A stretch of DNA of 64,000 nt, from positions 720 through 64,719 of the forward strand of contig DASCPX010000147.1 of assembly GCA_036012755.1 (NCBI GenBank). The letters are read 5' to 3'. Shown here in pieces: positions 59,477-64,000 of this stretch. The number at the start of each line of letters is the position of its first letter. The stretch's first letter is position 1. The DNA comes from Myxococcota bacterium. Lineage in GTDB: Bacteria > Myxococcota_A > UBA796 > CAJQPC01. Under the pieces are notes generated by a model that searched no databases, was not told where the DNA came from, and was given only the letters and a program-made list of their open reading frames with translations. Both the position numbers and the translations under genes were made by a program.

Positions 59477-59728
59477 ATGGCCACTGCCCTCCTCGCCCTC
59501 GGCGGCATCTGCAGCCTGATTTCCTTTGTCGGCGCAATCATCATCCTGATCTCGGCCTTCAAGGAGTCCGTCGGTCAGGGCTTCCTGTGCCTCTGCGTGC
59601 CCTTCTACATCCTGTACTTCGCCTTCGCGAAGTTCCAGCACGAGAAGAAGAACATGATCCTCGGCGCCTGGCTGGGCGGCACCGTCCTGAACCTGGTCTT
59701 CCAGGGTCTCGCGGGCGCTATGGCCTGA
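59477..59728 (+). CDS. small membrane protein
   Basis: GGAG RBS, three hydrophobic segments, AFKES...GFLCLCVPFY. Confidence 0.8.
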   Translation: MATALLALGGICSLISFVGAIIILISAFKESVGQGFLCLCVPFYILYFAFAKFQHEKKNMILGAWLGGTVLNLVFQGLAGAMA

Positions 59729-59780
59729 GGCTTCTCTGAAGCACCCATACGAGATCCTCTTCGGTCGCTGGTCGGTCGGA

Positions 59781-60158
59781 GTGGGTCTCGTGATCGTCCT
59801 TGGCATGCTGTTCATGCCGGCGGACGGTTTCGGTCGTGACCTCTGCTACGTCCACGCCAGCTCGGGGCTGCCTTGCCCTGGCTGTGGATTGAGTCGCAGC
59901 GTCGCCCACGGCATCCGGGGGCACCTCGTCGAGGCCATCTGGTACAACCCCTTCGGCCTCCTCGTCGTGCCCTACGCGCTGGCCGCGGTGAGCTCGGTGA
60001 TCTGGCCGCGTACGCTCAAGGACCGTGTCCGCGCCTGGCTCGAGCCGCGCACGGTGGGCTTCAAGCGCGTCTACATGTCGCTCCTGGCGGCTTTTCTGAC
60101 CTACGGCGCGGTGCGGATGGCTCTCGCGATCTTCGGGCTCTGGCCGGGGTGGCACTGA
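59781..60158 (+). CDS. DUF2752 family membrane protein (start uncertain)
   Basis: GLPCPGCGLSRS...YNP motif. Confidence 0.85.
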   Translation: MGLVIVLGMLFMPADGFGRDLCYVHASSGLPCPGCGLSRSVAHGIRGHLVEAIWYNPFGLLVVPYALAAVSSVIWPRTLKDRVRAWLEPRTVGFKRVYMSLLAAFLTYGAVRMALAIFGLWPGWH

Positions 60159-60221
60159 GCTGCTGTTGCGCCGACTGCAATGGTCGCTGACCCTGACGAA
60201 TAGTTCGGGGCAGGAGGTTCC

Positions 60222-60448
60222 TTGGGTGTAGTCGTCCTCATCGCCGTCCTGGTCGCCTGTGTGCTCGCGTTCATGCGCGCCCAGCCGAGGGGAAGATCGC
60301 CATCGGGTCGATCCTCGTCCTCAGCTTCGTCGTGCCTGCCTTCGTCGCCCACCCCTACGTCGTGGCCGCATGCCTCGCGGCGCGTTGCCTGCTGGGGGCA
60401 GGCTGCGTGATCTGGCTGAAGTGGGATGACAGCCAGCTCGGGGGCTAG
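60222..60448 (+). pseudogene. small membrane protein with single-base frameshift (likely sequencing error)
   Basis: AGGAGG RBS; one extra G in the G4 run at 60289-60292 gives a continuous 3-TM protein ending WLKWDDSQLGG. Confidence 0.6.
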
Positions 60449-60951
60449 TCCACGTAGGACTCCAGGGTCTCCTTCAGCGCGACCGTGCTCGAGATCCCGC
60501 GGAAGCGCACCGCTCCATCTTCGACGAAGACGACGTAGGAGCCGTACTCTCCGGGGCTGGGCCAGCTCTCGCGAAACTCCTCGTCGGAGAGCAGCACGGT
60601 CAGTGAGAGACCGAGGCTGTCGGACCAGAGCAGCGCGTCGTCTCCGATCGGGTCCTCGCCGGCGAGGTTCTCGCAGAGCACGTCGAAGGTCGGGACCTCT
60701 GGGTGGGCCTCGTAGAACTCGTCGATGTCCCGGACGCGGTCCTGCCAGGTGGGGTCCCACATGACGCTGACGCTCACGACGGCGCGTTCGTGCTCCGAGA
60801 GCGTGTGGACGTCGCCTTCCTGATCGTAGAGGTCGTAGTCCTCTGGGCACTCCCCGACGGCAGTGCCCACCTCGCAGCCCGTGTCCTCGACCGTCGGCGT
60901 GCTGTCGATGGGCTCGGGTTCCGGCTTGTGGCAGGCGAGGAGGAGGAACAC
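60445..60951 (-). CDS. thioredoxin-fold (TlpA/redoxin-like) lipoprotein lacking CxxC
   Basis: MFLLLAC; DYDLYDQEGDVHTLSE redoxin start; WDPTW in place of WCxxC. Confidence 0.65.
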   Translation of the reverse strand: MFLLLACHKPEPEPIDSTPTVEDTGCEVGTAVGECPEDYDLYDQEGDVHTLSEHERAVVSVSVMWDPTWQDRVRDIDEFYEAHPEVPTFDVLCENLAGEDPIGDDALLWSDSLGLSLTVLLSDEEFRESWPSPGEYGSYVVFVEDGAVRFRGISSTVALKETLESYVD

Positions 60952-61097
60952 GTGGGTCCAAGATGCCACAGCGGCGCCACGTCGCACGAAGTACCAATCC
61001 GAGCGCCGCGACGGGTCCTCATCAACGGCAAGGCGTCCAGGTCGAGCCAGGCCAGGCGGATGGCCTCGATCATCGGGCGGTCGGGGGTGTCCATGGC

Positions 61098-61737
61098 TCA
61101 GATCCTGGTGGCGAAGAGCTGGTAGCTGCGAATCCCGCGCTCTAGCAGCCTCGGCATGCTCTCGTAGAGGTCGGACTGCACCCGGTGGCAGGAGATCTCG
61201 CCGTACCCGGCGGCTGCGAGGTCCGTCTCGAGCTCCTCCGGGTCGTGGCAGGTGAAGAGCATGGGCCCGCCGTCGATCCAGTCCTCGATCGTGTACTCCC
61301 GGATGCCCTGGGTGGAGTCGATCATCATCAGCGACAGCAGCCCGCCGGGGACGAGCAGCTCGCGGAGCCGGCGCAGCGTCTGATCGGCGAGGCTCCGCGG
61401 AAGGTGGATGAAGCTGGCGAAGCCATAGACCCCGTCGAAGCTCTGGCTCGGCAGGTCCGGTTCGGTCATGTCCATGACTCGCGCCCGCAGCTCCGGGTAG
61501 CGCTCGCGCACGATCGACACGAACTCGGGTGCGTAGTCGGTGGCGGTGACCTCCAGGCCGCGCGCCGCCAGCCTTGCCGCGTCGACACCCGGCCCGCAGC
61601 CGACCTCCAGCACGCGCTCGCCACGAAGTCGCCCGCAGGAGCTGGCGCATCACCGGGTCGTCCTCGTACTCGCTCTCTCCAGCGTATGCGCGCGCCACGC
61701 GCCGCCAGCAGGCCTGATTGTCGAGGTTGTAGCTCAT
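61098..61737 (-). pseudogene. class I SAM-dependent methyltransferase, frameshifted near 61630
   Basis: The ATGA-coupled N-terminus is in a different frame from VLEVGCGPG...FDGV...LVPGG. Confidence 0.75.
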
Positions 61738-62351
61738 CCCTTCGGGAGGGCGGCCCGCACTTCGTCAGCGCTGGCGACGATGCCGATGTGCTCTGCGATG
61801 AAGTGGAGCGCCGCCTCGTGCATCTCGGGGCAGGGATCGGCGACGGCCTCTCGGACGACGACCACCGCGAAGCCTCGGGCGAAGGCCGACCGGGCGGTGG
61901 CCTCGACGCAGCCCCGGGTCGTGACACCGGAGAGGACCACCGTCTCGCAGGCCATCTTCCTCAGGACGAAGGACAGGGGTGTCCCGTAGAAGGCGTCGTG
62001 GGCGTGCTTGGAGACGACGGCTTCTCCAGGTGCCGGCGCGGTCTCTGGCGACAACGCACAGCGGTCCGCCGGGTCTCCTGGCGCGATGTTCTCGAGGCGG
62101 TCCACGAATCGCGGCGACACGATCCGGCAAGGCCAGTTCGACCAGGCGTCATCGACGCTCTTGATGTGCACCAGCGGGACGCCGTGACCGCGGGCCAGGT
62201 CCTGTGTCCGGGCGATGTGGGGCAGGGCCGCCTGCATCGGCGCCACGTCGAAGCCCAGCCGGTGGAACCAGCCGCCGTCGGCCACGAACATGTGCTGGAC
62301 GTCGATGGTCAACAGCGCGCTCGGGCGCGACAGCCACTGCCGCAGGCTCAT
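61734..62351 (-). CDS. isochorismatase-family cysteine hydrolase
   Basis: [30 protein letters not shown]. Confidence 0.9.
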   Translation of the reverse strand: MSLRQWLSRPSALLTIDVQHMFVADGGWFHRLGFDVAPMQAALPHIARTQDLARGHGVPLVHIKSVDDAWSNWPCRIVSPRFVDRLENIAPGDPADRCALSPETAPAPGEAVVSKHAHDAFYGTPLSFVLRKMACETVVLSGVTTRGCVEATARSAFARGFAVVVVREAVADPCPEMHEAALHFIAEHIGIVASADEVRAALPKG

Positions 62352-63616
62352 GTCGATCCTCCGCGTGGTCGTCTCCGCCGGCGCCTCCTCCTCGGGCGGT
62401 CGTCCTGACCCTGGCTGGTCGGGCTCGGCTGGCCTCGACGCTGCCGCTGGGGCTTGGAGCGCACAGGGGCCGGCATCGCCTCGGGGTGGTGCCAGCGGTG
62501 GTCGGACACCACCTCGATGGGCTTGCCCGTGAGCTTCTCGATGTCCCGCAAGTAGGTCGACTCCGACTCGTCACAGAAGGCGATGGCGATGCCCTCGCGC
62601 CCAGCGCGTCCGGTGCGGCCGATGCGGTGGACGTAGCTCTCCGAGACGTTGGGCAGGTCGTAGTTGATGACGTGGCTCACGCCGTCGACGTCGATGCCTC
62701 GTGAGGCGATGTCGGTGGCCACGAGCACCCGGACGCGACCAGACTTGAAGCCGGCCAGCGCGCGGGTCCGCGCGGCCTGGGACTTGTTGCCGTGGATGGC
62801 TGCGCAGTCCACGCCGCCCTTCACGAGGTGGCGCACGACCCGGTTGGCGCCGTGCTTTGTGCGCGTGAAGACGATGGCGCTCTCGATCTCCGGGTCCCGG
62901 AGGAGCTCGCGCAGCAGGCGCTTCTTGTCTGCCCTCGCCACGAACATCACCCGCTGGATGATGCGCTCCACCGTCATGGACTCGCGGTCGACCTCTACGC
63001 GGACCGGGTCGTGCAAAAAGGCGCTGGCCAGCTTGATGATCGGCTCGGGCATCGTCGCCGAGAAGAGCAGGTTCTGGCGGTCCTCGGGGAGCAGCGCGAG
63101 CACCTTGCGGATGTCGCGGATGAAGCCCATGTCGAGCATGCGATCGGCCTCGTCGAGCACGAAGAACTCGACGTCTTCGAAGTCGATGAAGCCCTGACCG
63201 TGGAGGTCCAGGAGCCGTCCCGGCGTGGCCACGAGCACGTCGACGCCGCGCCGGAGGGCCGCGACCTGGGGGCCCTGCTTCACGCCTCCGAAGATGACGA
63301 TGTGGCGCTGTTCGAGGAACCGGCCGTAGACCCCGAAGGCTTCGCCGATCTGGGCGGCGAGCTCGCGGGTCGGCGTGAGGATCAGCGAGCGGATGTGGCG
63401 CTTTCCACGCACCGGGTGTTCGGCTTGGTGCTGCAGGATCGGCAGCAGGAAGGCAGCGGTCTTTCCGGTCCCGGTCTGGGCGCAGCCGAGCACGTCCCGA
63501 CCTTCCAGCAAGGGTGGTATGGCGCGGGCCTGGATCGGGGTCGGGGTCTCGTAGCCCTCGGCCGCGACAGCGCGCTGGAGGGGCTCGATCAGCTCGAGCG
63601 AGGCGAATGAGGGCAA
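62348..63616 (-). CDS. rhlE: DEAD-box RNA helicase (RhlE-like)
   Basis: Q motif, [31 protein letters not shown]; probable TTG start at 63616. Confidence 0.92.
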   Translation of the reverse strand: MPSFASLELIEPLQRAVAAEGYETPTPIQARAIPPLLEGRDVLGCAQTGTGKTAAFLLPILQHQAEHPVRGKRHIRSLILTPTRELAAQIGEAFGVYGRFLEQRHIVIFGGVKQGPQVAALRRGVDVLVATPGRLLDLHGQGFIDFEDVEFFVLDEADRMLDMGFIRDIRKVLALLPEDRQNLLFSATMPEPIIKLASAFLHDPVRVEVDRESMTVERIIQRVMFVARADKKRLLRELLRDPEIESAIVFTRTKHGANRVVRHLVKGGVDCAAIHGNKSQAARTRALAGFKSGRVRVLVATDIASRGIDVDGVSHVINYDLPNVSESYVHRIGRTGRAGREGIAIAFCDESESTYLRDIEKLTGKPIEVVSDHRWHHPEAMPAPVRSKPQRQRRGQPSPTSQGQDDRPRRRRRRRRPRGGST

Positions 63617-63748
63617 GGGCTTTGGTGTCTCCAAGAGGTGTCGTATCGCACGAGCCGGCGGTAGGCTGCCGACCGTGGGCACACTCTCCGAGTCGCTGCC
63701 CGAAGGGGTGATCATCGGCGCAGCTACCCAGCGACGTGGCGGACGGGC

Positions 63749-64000
63749 CTATACACCAGCGAACTCCGGCTGGTACCGAGCGATTCCCGAGATACGGCTG
63801 ACCGCACCGTCGGCCAACTCGACGATCATGAAGTTCTCGTCGGGCACGTCGTACTCGCACCCGATCCCGAACCGGCTTGCGGTCTCGAAGCCGAAGCGGG
63901 GGTAGTAGGCCGAGTGGCCCAGGACGACGACGCAGCCGACACCGGTTCGTCTGCAGTGGGCAAGGCCGGTCTCCACGAGCAGGGAGCCGACGCCCTGCCG
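63749..64000 (-). CDS. GNAT N-acetyltransferase, YhbS-like (5' partial)
   Basis: RQGVGSLLV, VVLGHSAYYPRFGF, YQPEF. Confidence 0.88.
   Translation of the reverse strand, partial: RQGVGSLLVETGLAHCRRTGVGCVVVLGHSAYYPRFGFETASRFGIGCEYDVPDENFMIVELADGAVSRISGIARYQPEFAGV

Noticed and set aside
60190-60221. CTGACGA with a small hairpin, resembling a hammerhead ribozyme core
   Set aside because: No downstream GAAA or compatible stems
60285-60295. Possible programmed frameshift or phase variation
   Set aside because: A G4 run is too short; a single-base sequencing error is simpler
60955-61094. Short ORF MDTPDRPMIEAIRLA between the methyltransferase and the redoxin gene
   Set aside because: May be another gene remnant, but there is no recognisable motif to support a call
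61620-61640. Programmed frameshift in the methyltransferase
   Set aside because: No slippery heptamer; removing one G restores the frame, so error or recent mutation is more likely

Overview
High-GC bacterial genomic DNA, very probably Myxococcota (a MYXO-CTERM-tailed trypsin protease and many lipoproteins), tightly packed with about 55 genes. No rRNA, tRNA, CRISPR array or transposase was found. Recognisable content: a yehL-yehM-yehP-yehQ (MoxR AAA+/DUF5682/VWA/SWIM) operon with a DUF4132 gene and a collapsed WGR-DUF4132 remnant, two toxin-antitoxin pairs with damaged toxins, a CDF metal exporter, an ABC exporter, a GT-C/polyprenol-phosphate-mannose glycosylation cluster, an adenylate cyclase, a hybrid histidine kinase, hemB, dsbD and rhlE. 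The best candidate for an undescribed system is at 14697-15476 (minus strand). This exported beta-barrel-like protein has two in-frame TGA codons in a UxxU motif directly after its signal peptide, followed by a SECIS-like hairpin. It is divergent from the CDF exporter across a Fur/Zur-like box, so it may be a di-selenocysteine outer-membrane metal-handling selenoprotein. Window-wide patterns: very short (7-11 aa) uncharged signal peptides, apparently leaderless genes whose -10 hexamer often reuses the upstream stop codon, several genes reduced to N-terminus plus C-terminus by internal deletion, and three further in-frame TGAs at Trp-like positions. All family calls are from motif recognition by eye; no searches were run.
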